DNA of 64,000 nucleotides from Escherichia coli phage AZ21: sequence record LC788708.1; one strand, 5' to 3'. Shown piece by piece: positions 10,192 to 18,460 of this stretch (position 1 is its first letter; each line of letters starts with the position of its first letter). The notes under the pieces were generated by a model. It saw only the letters and a program-made list of their open reading frames with translations, ran no database searches and was not told where the DNA came from. The position numbers and the translations under genes were made by a program.

Positions 10192-10574
10192 TAATTTAAA
10201 AGCTAGTAAATCGGTAGACGAAAGCCCAAGCATCTTACCTCGCAGCAGCGGTTGAAATACGAGGTTAAATAAGACCGCTGACCATACTATAAAGTATAAT
10301 CTATTGGAGATTATGTTTATTACACCAGCCTCTTAAGCTGACACGTAAGAACAAAGCGTCGTTGATATTACCGACACAACTTCAAAGATCAACATTTAAG
10401 TATGAAAGCTGAAAAGTTTAAAGAACTCAAACTTCTAAACTTCTAAAGCTAAAAGATGCAAAGTATTCGTTGATGATTCAAACCCTAGATCAAAGGTACA
10501 TGGCTCATAAGATATGGCCTGTGGCGCCTCTAGGCTGTTTATCGGTTTACTAGTTTCACAATTTAAAAATGTAT

Positions 10575-10603
10575 TTGCTAATTTACTAAGTTATCTGTAT
10601 AAT
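10575..10603 (+). promoter_or_regulatory. T5-type early promoter
   Basis: TTGCTA-17-TATAAT. Confidence 0.65.
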
Positions 10604-10633
10604 ATATTTTTAAATTGATGAAACGAGGCTATT

Positions 10634-10951
10634 ATGACTTTTCATATTTTGATTGATGATGTGCGTAATCTTCACGGAATGGACATTATCATTCGAACCC
10701 CAGAAGCCGCTGTAGAGTTTCTGAATAAAACTGATACCACAGGCCACTTCGTTTATATGGATAATGACTTGGCTGTAGATGGTATGGAAGGTTATCAAAT
10801 TCTTCGTTTACTCTTAGAATTTGGGCAGAGACCAAAGAAAGTGGTACTAGTAACCTCAAACCCAGTAGCTAAGCAAAATATGCGTAATGATTTGCTTGAC
10901 TTAGGGTATAAAGAAAATCCCAATCGTGTTGAATATGATTGGCAGGAGTAA
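10634..10951 (+). CDS. CheY-like receiver-domain protein (stand-alone)
   Basis: ILIDDV...D...T...K spacing typical of the receiver fold. Confidence 0.45.
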   Translation: MTFHILIDDVRNLHGMDIIIRTPEAAVEFLNKTDTTGHFVYMDNDLAVDGMEGYQILRLLLEFGQRPKKVVLVTSNPVAKQNMRNDLLDLGYKENPNRVEYDWQE

Positions 10952-10956
10952 AAAGA

Positions 10957-11406
10957 ATGAAGGCAGCTTTGCTTTTAGTAGCTGCCCTTACCTTCAGCTT
11001 TAGTAGTCAGGCATCGCACGATGCAAAAGAAATAGATTGCATTGCTAAAAATATCTATTTCGAGAGTCGCGGTGAGGGCATAAAGGGAATGACGGCGGTT
11101 GCACATGTTACTAAAAACCGTGTAAACTCCGGTAAATTCCCAGATTCCTACTGTAAAGTAGTATATCAGTCTAACCAGTTCTCTTGGGTATCTAAGAGAC
11201 CAAAAGTTGATAAAACTGATGAGGCTTGGCAAACCGCTAAGAATTTAGCTAGAGTGATATACTACGTTGATTTACCACAAGATCCTACGTATGGAGCACT
11301 ATACTTCCATAGTGGTAAAGATAAACCTTACTGGACAAAGAAGTTTAAGAAAACAACTAAGATTAAGGGACATACGTTTTATAAACCTGTTGTCACTAAA
11401 ACTTAA
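10957..11406 (+). CDS. secreted SleB/CwlJ-like cell-wall hydrolase
   Basis: Signal peptide MKAALLLVAALTFS; NIYFESRGE..VAHV..NR..FP.SYC..VYQ..QFSW hydrolase_2 motifs. Confidence 0.55.
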   Translation: MKAALLLVAALTFSFSSQASHDAKEIDCIAKNIYFESRGEGIKGMTAVAHVTKNRVNSGKFPDSYCKVVYQSNQFSWVSKRPKVDKTDEAWQTAKNLARVIYYVDLPQDPTYGALYFHSGKDKPYWTKKFKKTTKIKGHTFYKPVVTKT

Positions 11407-11414
11407 AAATTTAC

Positions 11415-11443
11415 TTGCTTAGCTACTTAAATTTCTGTATAAT
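11415..11443 (+). promoter_or_regulatory. T5-type early promoter
   Basis: TTGCTT-17-TATAAT. Confidence 0.65.
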
Positions 11444-11474
11444 ACTTTCATAAATTAATGAGAGGAAGCGAAAT

Positions 11475-11645
11475 ATGAAATCAGTTGTAATTATTGGTGT
11501 TAACACTCGCGGTATTCGTACTACGAAAACTGTTAAAACTTCTAACGTTGCTGAAATCACTACGAACCCTAAAAAGTTTGATTTCGCCAAAGTCTCAGCA
11601 GTTATGACAGAACAATCTTTTAACCAAGCATTGGGGATGAAATAA
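11475..11645 (+). CDS. small protein (56 aa, below track cutoff)
   Basis: ATG with GAGAGGAAG RBS; stop overlaps next start (TAATG). Confidence 0.4.
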   Translation: MKSVVIIGVNTRGIRTTKTVKTSNVAEITTNPKKFDFAKVSAVMTEQSFNQALGMK

Positions 11646-12079
11646 TGGGTGAAAATATTCTAATGACCCTTCGTGGACTGCTTAGTCTAGCACGTACCCA
11701 CGGTGATAAGGAGAGGGCACTTAATCTTCAGACCATGATTGGTGATCTGCAACGTATTGATAAAGACATTGTTACTCGAACCGAGTTCGTAGCCTATCTG
11801 AAAGCTCAGATTAAGGCTCTAGAAAATGCAAAACAACGCGCTATTAAAGTTGGTACGGAAGTTCCTACTGATGTAGACTATGAGCAACTGCTTTATTCCA
11901 TGCTGCAAGAGTATCAGCCAAGTCAACTGACTGAAGTTCAGATTCGTGAGTATTTTGCAGAACTGGTTAAATTAAACCCAGGTATTACCAAAGCTCTATT
12001 AATGAAAACTATTAAGGCAGAATTTCCTGGACGTTATGACGGTAAAACAACTGCTTTGATTGCTAGTGAATTTTTCTAA
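11645..12079 (+). CDS. hypothetical protein
   Basis: ORF, translationally coupled to the preceding small ORF. Confidence 0.5.
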   Translation: MGENILMTLRGLLSLARTHGDKERALNLQTMIGDLQRIDKDIVTRTEFVAYLKAQIKALENAKQRAIKVGTEVPTDVDYEQLLYSMLQEYQPSQLTEVQIREYFAELVKLNPGITKALLMKTIKAEFPGRYDGKTTALIASEFF

Positions 12080-12087
12080 AAATTCAC

Positions 12088-12116
12088 TTGCTAAATGCTT
12101 ATAAATTCTATATAAT
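12088..12116 (+). promoter_or_regulatory. T5-type early promoter ahead of tRNA/ncRNA region
   Basis: TTGCTA-17-TATAAT; followed by palindrome AATTAGATG..CATCTAATT. Confidence 0.6.
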
Positions 12117-12193
12117 ATATTCATAAATTAGATGATAATTAGGCATCTAATTTATAAATAGTGGGGTGTGGAAATCACTTATGTAGTAACACT

Positions 12194-12265
12194 GCCGTCC
12201 TAGTATAATTGGTATTATCAAGCCGTAACTGGTGGAAGATGTAGGTTCGAATCCTACGGTCGGTA
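12194..12265 (+). ncRNA. tRNA-like element (T-arm and acceptor stem fold, anticodon arm not canonical)
   Basis: GTAGG-TTCGAAT-CCTAC T-arm plus 6/7 acceptor pairs; no 5-bp anticodon stem found by eye. Confidence 0.3.
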
Positions 12266-12766
12266 AGAACTGGATAACTGATGCTTTTAACGTAAAAGCT
12301 TCCGAGGTTAGTTGCGCACTGCCTAAACCACGCGGTAGTTGGTTCCAGACTAACCAACCAGTCTGCTGAATAGTTTTATTACGATTTAACTATGTCCAGG
12401 CTAAAGAAGAACTTTAGAAGGTATTCTAGGATAGTGAAGTTCTTTCTCCACATCGGAGTAGTTTTTCAAGCTATCCACAAAGTGGGAAATGCTGACATGA
12501 GAGATGTCACTAATGGTGCACAATAGCACAGGTAATTCGCGATAATTCCTGTTGAGTAGCAGCAAAAGGCGGGAAGTCATGACCCCAAGCCTAACCGAGT
12601 CCTCAATATACCGCAGGGCATAACCACTAAGTCACCCTGACTTAAACTGGAAAATAATAGACGTTACTGTATTTTGTCTTGAAATACTTAATGAGTGAGA
12701 CTTATGACTCTCCCGGTATCGTCTGTATTTTTAAGAGTTTTTACGAGAGTTCTTAAAAATACTTAA

Positions 12767-12841
12767 ACGGGGTGTAGTCTAAGGGAGAGGCAGGAGTCTT
12801 CTAAATTCCTTTATGCAGGTTCGAATCCTGTCACCTCGGCC
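12767..12841 (+). tRNA. tRNA-Arg (anticodon TCT)
   Basis: Hand fold: acceptor CGGGGTG/CACCTCG, D-arm, anticodon loop CTTCTAA, T-arm GCAGG-TTCGAAT-CCTGT, CCA encoded. Confidence 0.7.
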
Positions 12842-12876
12842 AATTTTATTAACTGTAACTAAAACAAAGGAAACAT

Positions 12877-13824
12877 ATGTTTAATACTAAAAATATGAAA
12901 GAATTGACTTCTGAGCAGAAAGTAATTCGTACTATTAAACGTTGGGGTATTGGTGCTGTAGTTGGTTTAGCAGGTTTAATCCTAGCTTTTAATTCGTATA
13001 CCATTGTTTCTGATGGTACGGTTAAAACCCAAACATTCCTGGGTAAAGTAGACCCTAATCCAGTATTACCTGGTTTCCATCTTGTAAACCCGTTTGCATC
13101 TTTCGATACTTTTAGTACGAAAGATATTTCTATGAAACTGGATAAACTTCAGGTTCCTAGCCAGGATAAGTTTAAGTCTACAGTTGACATTACCGTTATG
13201 TTGCAGTTTGATGGTGCTAAAGCTCCTATTAACCGTGTTAACGCAGGTACTCAGGATCAAGCTCTGAACAAGTACGTTGAAGAGAAGATGCTGTCTACGA
13301 TTCGTGAGTTTGGTAAGTCTGTACCAAAAGCACAAGATCTGTTCGACGCTAAGATTCAGGCTCAACTGCAAACCGCTATTCAGCAAGAAGTAGAAGAGTA
13401 TGCGCGTCCTTATGGCTACACCGTTAAGCAAGTATTCCTTCAGGATATTACTCTGCCACCGGTAATCATGGAACAGGTACAAAACACCAAAGTTCGTGAA
13501 GAACAAGTTAACGCTGCAAAAGCTGAACTAGCTCGTGTTGAACAAGAAGCACAGCAGAAAGTTAAGCAAGCTGAGGCTGATCGTTCTGCTCGTGAAAATA
13601 TGGCAGTAGCTAACGAACGTGACGCAGATGCTAAACTGTATGCGGCTAAGAAAGAAGCTGAAGCTAACACCGCTCTGCAGCGTACCATCACTCCAGAGAT
13701 GATTCGCTGGAAACAGCTGGAAGTTGATATGAAACGCGCTGAAAAATATCAGGGTGGCGTTCCTCAGACTGTTGTAGGTACTGGTTATGATGGCCAGATG
13801 ATTATGGATATGCGTAATAAGTAA
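12877..13824 (+). CDS. SPFH/band-7 (prohibitin/HflK-like) membrane protein
   Basis: N-terminal TM, PHB domain, Ala/Glu/Gln coiled coil. Confidence 0.7.
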   Translation: MFNTKNMKELTSEQKVIRTIKRWGIGAVVGLAGLILAFNSYTIVSDGTVKTQTFLGKVDPNPVLPGFHLVNPFASFDTFSTKDISMKLDKLQVPSQDKFKSTVDITVMLQFDGAKAPINRVNAGTQDQALNKYVEEKMLSTIREFGKSVPKAQDLFDAKIQAQLQTAIQQEVEEYARPYGYTVKQVFLQDITLPPVIMEQVQNTKVREEQVNAAKAELARVEQEAQQKVKQAEADRSARENMAVANERDADAKLYAAKKEAEANTALQRTITPEMIRWKQLEVDMKRAEKYQGGVPQTVVGTGYDGQMIMDMRNK

Positions 13825-13847
13825 TAGTTACACGTAATCTTCGAAAC

Positions 13848-13888
13848 AAGCCCGCGTTTCCTCCGAGAGCGCGGGCTTTTCTGTATTT
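13848..13888 (+). terminator. rho-independent terminator
   Basis: AAGCCCGCG...CGCGGGCTT stem then TTTCTGTATTT. Confidence 0.7.
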
Positions 13889-14027
13889 AAGGCAAAAGAA
13901 AAGCCCATAAGTTATTCAACTAAGGTCTTTAGTACTTAATTCTTTAGAATCATATACTATTATTGCAGCAACAACGTGCTACCACTAAATGCCCTACGAT
14001 TTTCCTCTAAAAAGTTAAAAAATTCGA

Positions 14028-14056
14028 TTGCTTGAATGCTAAATTCTCTGTATAAT
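14028..14056 (+). promoter_or_regulatory. T5-type early promoter
   Basis: TTGCTT-17-TATAAT, TTATAAATTTGAGAGAGG. Confidence 0.65.
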
Positions 14057-14087
14057 ATATTTATAAATTTGAGAGAGGAATCAAATA

Positions 14088-14383
14088 TGAAACGCATTGT
14101 ACTTGCATTGACTCTAGTATCTACTTCTGTATTTGCTGCTCCACAACAGGAACTTTGTCAAGTTCAAGTTTGTAATAAGCTAGAACGATTTACTTTGGAT
14201 ATTTGGTCACACATTAAAGATAATATGGGTGAGCAATGTTTTGATATTGTTCTGCCAAAAGAACAAGCTGTTCCTGGTGCTGTTCTCAGCTCAGAATCAC
14301 GTTGGTGGCAAGGTTCTTCTATCAATCCAACTAAGAAGTCAGTGACACGTATCAAACAAGTGTATCAGTGCAGTGTTCAGTAA
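14088..14383 (+). CDS. secreted Cys-containing small protein
   Basis: Signal peptide MKRIVLALTLVSTSVFA; internal start of the 14036 track ORF, preceded by GAGAGAGG. Confidence 0.5.
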
Positions 14384-14391
14384 AATTTCAC

Positions 14392-14420
14392 TTGCTTAAT
14401 GCCGAAATTTTCTATATAAT
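14392..14420 (+). promoter_or_regulatory. T5-type early promoter
   Basis: TTGCTT-17-TATAAT. Confidence 0.65.
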
Positions 14421-14451
14421 ATATTCTATAAATTATAGATAGGAGTCATAT

Positions 14452-14970
14452 ATGACTGTTGACGAGTTAAAACAACATCTTTTATCTAGGGGCTTTGATA
14501 GTGATAAGTATCACTGTTGGCTCTCTCCACATGGATGGTTAACAGTTCCACTGTATGATTTCTCTGGCATGTTACGTGGATATCAAACATATAACCCTAG
14601 TGCAGCTAAAGGTCATGGAAAATGTCCTTCTGAAGCTAAATATTTTACGCATTCTTCTACTCAATGTCTATGGGGTTTAGAAACTCTTACAGGTAATGAA
14701 GACCTAGTATTAGTTGCAGAATCTGTATTTAAAGCTGTGGCACTACACAACGCGGGATATCCCGCACTAGCAATGCTAGGATCTTCCCCTAGCAAAGCAC
14801 TGCTAAAGCAGCTAAAATTACAACCTTTTAAAGTAGTAGCCGTAGGCGATAATGATTCTGCTGGTGAGAAGTTTGCTAAAAAACTAAATGGGTTTACTTC
14901 CCTCATGGATTTAGATGAAATGAATACAGAAAACTTGAAAAATTTTCTTGCCATGAAGCTAAATTTCTAA
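14452..14970 (+). CDS. stand-alone Toprim-domain protein
   Basis: VLVAESVFKAV (catalytic E) ... VVAVGDNDSAGEKFA (DxD) Toprim motifs. Confidence 0.5.
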   Translation: MTVDELKQHLLSRGFDSDKYHCWLSPHGWLTVPLYDFSGMLRGYQTYNPSAAKGHGKCPSEAKYFTHSSTQCLWGLETLTGNEDLVLVAESVFKAVALHNAGYPALAMLGSSPSKALLKQLKLQPFKVVAVGDNDSAGEKFAKKLNGFTSLMDLDEMNTENLKNFLAMKLNF

Positions 14971-14976
14971 TATAAT
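14948..14976 (+). promoter_or_regulatory. promoter for the tRNA cluster (TTGCCA-17-TATAAT), overlaps CDS 3' end
   Basis: -10 ends 15 nt before tRNA-Ser 5' end. Confidence 0.6.
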
Positions 14977-14990
14977 ATATTCATAAATTT

Positions 14991-15084
14991 GGAAGATTAA
15001 CCCTAAAGGTAAGGGAGCTGTTTGCTAAACAGCCAGTAGCTGTGGAGACACGGTGTGCCAGTTCGAATCTGGCATCTTCCTCCA
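14991..15084 (+). tRNA. tRNA-Ser (anticodon GCT), type II
   Basis: Acceptor GGAAGAT/ATCTTCC, 3-bp D stem, loop TTGCTAA, long variable arm, T-arm GCCAG-TTCGAAT-CTGGC, CCA encoded. Confidence 0.7.
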
Positions 15085-15089
15085 AATTT

Positions 15090-15167
15090 GGTTCTCAAGC
15101 TCATTTGGTATGAGCCGTCGCCTCATAAGCGAAAGGTAGGCAGGTTCGAATCCTCCGGGAGCCACCA
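15090..15167 (+). tRNA. tRNA with CAT anticodon (Met or Ile-lysidine)
   Basis: Acceptor GGTTCTC/GGGAGCC with G-U pairs, D stem GCTC/GAGC, loop CTCATAA, TTCGAAT T-loop, CCA encoded. Confidence 0.6.
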
Positions 15168-15186
15168 AATTAAATAAGGACAACTA

Positions 15187-15375
15187 ATGGAATTATTCAT
15201 AGTTTCTATTAAATTTGCACAAGATAGAGAACATTCGGACGAGTTTAAACAAGGGTACAGACTAGTAAAGGCTACATCTGAACTACATGCTATGGACAAA
15301 GTAGTAGACTATATGTATAAAGTAGAAGACGTTTACTACGTCAATGCTTTAGAAGCCTCAAAAGTAATTAACTAG
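15187..15375 (+). CDS. small hypothetical protein
   Basis: ORF after tRNAs with AAGGA RBS. Confidence 0.4.
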   Translation: MELFIVSIKFAQDREHSDEFKQGYRLVKATSELHAMDKVVDYMYKVEDVYYVNALEASKVIN

Positions 15376-15383
15376 GAGACTAT

Positions 15384-15569
15384 ATGTCCAAATTTCAAGA
15401 ACTCAAGCAAGAGCTAGAAGAGTGTGCCTGCCCAAAATGCTTCGGAGTAGGTGAGTGGAACGATGCTGAACCCGGTGATACACGGTATAATACATACGTT
15501 TGTACATATTGTAATGGTTCTGGTATTAATCCTGAATGTGGTATTTCTCTAGACATTGAGCGAGGTTAA
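15384..15569 (+). CDS. small zinc-ribbon protein (CPKC...CTYC)
   Basis: Two CxxC pairs. Confidence 0.45.
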   Translation: MSKFQELKQELEECACPKCFGVGEWNDAEPGDTRYNTYVCTYCNGSGINPECGISLDIERG

Positions 15570-15909
15570 GATGGATATTTTTACTACTCCGGCAATAAAC
15601 CTTTTAGGTGTTGGCTTGTTCCAAGCTACGGTGTATCGTACTGATGATTCTACTGATGTGGTAACGTTCATCGTACCTGAGTTCTTCCTAGAAAAGTTCT
15701 TTGAAGAGTTTGAGCAGTTCCGTGAAGAACACAATGCTCATTCCGATATGGAAGATCTAGCAGCTATGTTCCCTGCGGTTTACGGCTATATCTTTGAAGG
15801 TAATGGCCTAGATCTTAATAAATCTGAACTCGTTGAACTTAACTGGGGCATCAATTTTGAAGTTGGCTCTCCATTCCCTCGATATTTCCAGGGTTTAGAG
15901 ATTCGCTAA
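15556..15909 (+). CDS. hypothetical acidic protein
   Basis: ORF overlapping previous stop. Confidence 0.45.
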   Translation: MSEVKMDIFTTPAINLLGVGLFQATVYRTDDSTDVVTFIVPEFFLEKFFEEFEQFREEHNAHSDMEDLAAMFPAVYGYIFEGNGLDLNKSELVELNWGINFEVGSPFPRYFQGLEIR

Positions 15910-15917
15910 GATTACAT

Positions 15918-15994
15918 GGGGGTGTAATCGAATTGGCATAGGTACTGGACTTAAAATTCAGGTTTTGTGGGTTCGAATCCCACCACCCCTACCA
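15918..15994 (+). tRNA. tRNA, anticodon read as TAA (Leu-type anticodon on a short-variable-arm body)
   Basis: Acceptor GGGGGTG/CACCCCT, loop CTTAAAA, T-arm GTGGG-TTCGAAT-CCCAC, CCA encoded; D-arm weak. Confidence 0.5.
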
Positions 15995-16145
15995 AATTAA
16001 GGAAATAAAATGAAAGCTATTAAGAAAGCACTGCGTAAATTTATGTATTGTCGTTTTCATAGCATCAAGGCTTCAACTAATGGTACTACTTACGATCGCT
16101 ATGATCCTAAGTTTGGCTTACATTCTAAATAACTGGAGAAAACAA

Positions 16146-16352
16146 ATGGCTAATCCTGAAATTACGGCACAACGCTTTATGCTGAAAGGAATTATTGCTG
16201 AAGCAGGCATGACAGAAGAAGTTGCAGATTTTCAAAAGCAATTCCTCAATATTCTCACTCAAGCCAAAGAGCTAGGAGAGAAAGAACATGGCGCGGCTAT
16301 TATGGCAATCACATTGGTTGGGCTTGATCTGGCTGAAGAATCAGGAGTTTAA
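16146..16352 (+). CDS. small hypothetical protein
   Basis: Internal ATG of the 16080 track ORF with GGAGAAAAC RBS. Confidence 0.4.
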   Translation: MANPEITAQRFMLKGIIAEAGMTEEVADFQKQFLNILTQAKELGEKEHGAAIMAITLVGLDLAEESGV

Positions 16353-16382
16353 CTCCTCCAAGCAGAAATTTTAAAAATGTAC

Positions 16383-16412
16383 TTGCTTTTTGCTTAAGAT
16401 TTCTGCTATAAT
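16383..16412 (+). promoter_or_regulatory. T5-type early promoter (18-bp spacer)
   Basis: TTGCTT...TATAAT. Confidence 0.55.
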
Positions 16413-16441
16413 AGTTATATAAGTTGATGAGAGGAATCAGA

Positions 16442-16717
16442 ATGTTAAAACGTTTTGCAGCAACTGGTATTGAAAGCTCAGTATGTAAATCCTGGGGTGG
16501 TTGGGAAGGTGAGATCGAGTGGCTTCAGTTCTACAATGTAGAACTTCTTCCAGAGATCAAAGCTCAATGTATTGAGGCTGGTATGGCTCCTGATGCTACG
16601 GCTGATGTTGAAATCAGCATGAATAAGCTAGAGGGTCGAGTAGTCACTGTTACTGATGAAGGTGAAGAGGTATTCGAACTTCCATTCACTTTGAAAGTCA
16701 CTCCTTCATTTGATTAA
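16442..16717 (+). CDS. hypothetical protein
   Basis: ATG behind GAGAGGAATC RBS (internal to the 16424 track ORF). Confidence 0.5.
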   Translation: MLKRFAATGIESSVCKSWGGWEGEIEWLQFYNVELLPEIKAQCIEAGMAPDATADVEISMNKLEGRVVTVTDEGEEVFELPFTLKVTPSFD

Positions 16718-16753
16718 CTGATACAGCACTGAGCAAGTTCTTTAAAATTTGAC

Positions 16754-16782
16754 TTGCTCAGTGCCTTAAAACTTGATATAAT
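16754..16782 (+). promoter_or_regulatory. T5-type promoter upstream of tRNA-Tyr
   Basis: TTGCTC-17-TATAAT. Confidence 0.6.
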
Positions 16783-16847
16783 ATTTATCTAATTTGGAAA
16801 CATATTTAAAAGTGTTTAAATGAGAATTTTTGAATACTTCTAAATAT

Positions 16848-16935
16848 GGGCGTTTATTCCGTAAGTGGTAGCGGAGGGGATTGTAAATCCCTGGTCATTG
16901 CGACTCGAGTGGTTCGACTCCATTAACGCCCACCA
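16848..16935 (+). tRNA. tRNA-Tyr (anticodon GTA), type II
   Basis: Acceptor GGGCGTT/AACGCCC, loop TTGTAAA, long variable arm, T-arm AGTGG-TTCGACT-CCATT, CCA encoded. Confidence 0.7.
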
Positions 16936-16952
16936 AATTAAAGGTAAAGGAT

Positions 16953-17144
16953 ATGTATATTGATCGGATAATTCAAGAAGCTGCAAATAGGGGTATTATA
17001 CAGTTGGGTTCACCCGCTGATATAAATAAAGATCTAATATTAGAAAGCCTCACATTTGGTACAGCTAACTTTGGTCGCGATAGTAATCGTCGATATAGCT
17101 TGAAGTTATCTGCACTATCTTTTATCAAGTATAACAAATTATAG
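16953..17144 (+). CDS. small hypothetical protein between tRNAs
   Basis: ORF with AAAGGATATG start context. Confidence 0.35.
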   Translation: MYIDRIIQEAANRGIIQLGSPADINKDLILESLTFGTANFGRDSNRRYSLKLSALSFIKYNKL

Positions 17145-17218
17145 TTAGTTGGCAGAGTGGTTATGCACCTCCTTCATACGGAGCGACTACAGTGGTTCAA
17201 CTCCACTACTAACTACCA
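17143..17218 (+). tRNA. second tRNA with CAT anticodon (Met/Ile)
   Basis: Acceptor AGTTAGT/ACTAACT, loop TTCATAC, T-arm AGTGG-TTCAACT-CCACT, CCA encoded; one anticodon-stem mismatch. Confidence 0.55.
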
Positions 17219-17401
17219 AAGATAAGATCAGGCCTTTGTGCCAGATCTCTGTGTTTATTAAACTGAATGGGACTATCAATCCACAAGCCGGACTACGAGC
17301 GATTATCGGGTATTCACTTAATAAACAGCCTGCCTCCCAGTTTTTATCTTGCTTCTGGGTTAACAAAAAGCTGAGCCAAATTCTAACATCAGGGAGATCT
17401 A

Positions 17402-17770
17402 ATGAAAGCATATCAAAGTCTTAAGTCTGGCGTAATTAACCTTGTTCATGATAACCAGATCATTCAGCTATATTCTAAAGATGGTGAACTTAAACAAAAG
17501 GTTCTAGTTGAAGATCTAGAGGGTATCACACCTCATTTTGACCCTGAGGCCTTCCGCATTGTAGATGTAGAAGTGGTTCCTCAAGTCGAGGGTGGTCAGC
17601 ACCTAAATGTCAATGTGTTAAGCCGTGATCAGCTTTTGGATGCACAGAAACATCCTGAAAAATATCCTCAGTTGACCATCCGTGTCTCTGGCTATGCTGT
17701 TCGATTTAACGCATTGACGCGTGAACAACAGAACGACGTTATTAGTCGTACATTTACTCAGGCGATATAA
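17402..17770 (+). CDS. grcA: GrcA/YfiD-like autonomous glycyl-radical cofactor protein
   Basis: C-terminal [11 protein letters not shown]...[23 protein letters not shown] glycyl-radical motif closely matches E. coli YfiD/PFL C-terminus. Confidence 0.8.
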   Translation: MKAYQSLKSGVINLVHDNQIIQLYSKDGELKQKVLVEDLEGITPHFDPEAFRIVDVEVVPQVEGGQHLNVNVLSRDQLLDAQKHPEKYPQLTIRVSGYAVRFNALTREQQNDVISRTFTQAI

Positions 17771-17851
17771 TGGGGTTTGGATACGATTTCTCCCAACTAC
17801 GCAAGGTAGTCGAGCAAACTCCATTTATCTCCCAAGTTTTAGGAGAAATGT

Positions 17852-18151
17852 GTGGATCGAGCATTAAGACGCCATCACCGGCAACGTGTGAAAAACAATC
17901 GCAAGAAGTATTGGACAGTCTTCCCACATGAAGAAAGCCCTAAGAGGTTAGGCATTATCACTACCACTCCTTGCATCTGTTCTTGTTGGATGTGTGGGAA
18001 TCCTCGCAAATACTATAAGAATAGTAAAGCAGGCATGAAAATTTCGGAGATTAAAAAGATGGATGCAATGATTATGGGCATCACCTTTACAGGTGGTATC
18101 TCTGATGAATTCGACGGTTTTGTAACTCAGGATATTGTCGAAATTATCTAA
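17852..18151 (+). CDS. hypothetical protein
   Basis: ORF from track with non-ATG start; weak. Confidence 0.3.
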   Translation: MDRALRRHHRQRVKNNRKKYWTVFPHEESPKRLGIITTTPCICSCWMCGNPRKYYKNSKAGMKISEIKKMDAMIMGITFTGGISDEFDGFVTQDIVEII

Positions 18152-18160
18152 TTAATAATA

Positions 18161-18198
18161 AACCCCAGCTATTGAATACGTAGTCTGGGGTTTTCTTG
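18161..18198 (+). terminator. rho-independent terminator
   Basis: AACCCCAG...CTGGGGTT stem then TTCTTG. Confidence 0.65.
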
Positions 18199-18215
18199 TA
18201 TATAGGATTTTCGAA

Positions 18216-18401
18216 ATGAAAATTTTTAAAGTGAACTATAGCGGCCTGTGGTTAGGTGGTACAGCTATTGTTGTTGCGGAAACTGCGGAAGAAGCAATCG
18301 AACTGGCTAGAAATCATAGAAGTTCTATAGAATTCGAGAATGTGACAGCAGAAGAACTCCCTAGCAGTGGGGTAGTATACAACGATAACGGAGACTACTA
18401 A
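18216..18401 (+). CDS. small hypothetical protein
   Basis: ORF. Confidence 0.4.
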   Translation: MKIFKVNYSGLWLGGTAIVVAETAEEAIELARNHRSSIEFENVTAEELPSSGVVYNDNGDY

Positions 18402-18460
18402 ATGTTATATTTTGAAGTTAGACCACATTAAGTTACTTTAACAGACTTAATGGAGGTATT

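Noticed and set aside
12333-12355. Second tRNA candidate (GGTTCCAGACTAACC looked T-loop-like)
   Set aside because: The 7-bp hairpin lacks a canonical T54-T55-C56 loop, and no acceptor-stem partner was found. It is kept only as an RNA hairpin.
12175-12357. Minus-strand 60-aa ORF
   Set aside because: It overlaps the tRNA-like element and hairpins and has no translation signals.
17149-17424. ORFs 17149-17424(+) and 17187-17411(-)
   Set aside because: They overlap the tRNA at 17143-17218 and lack an RBS.
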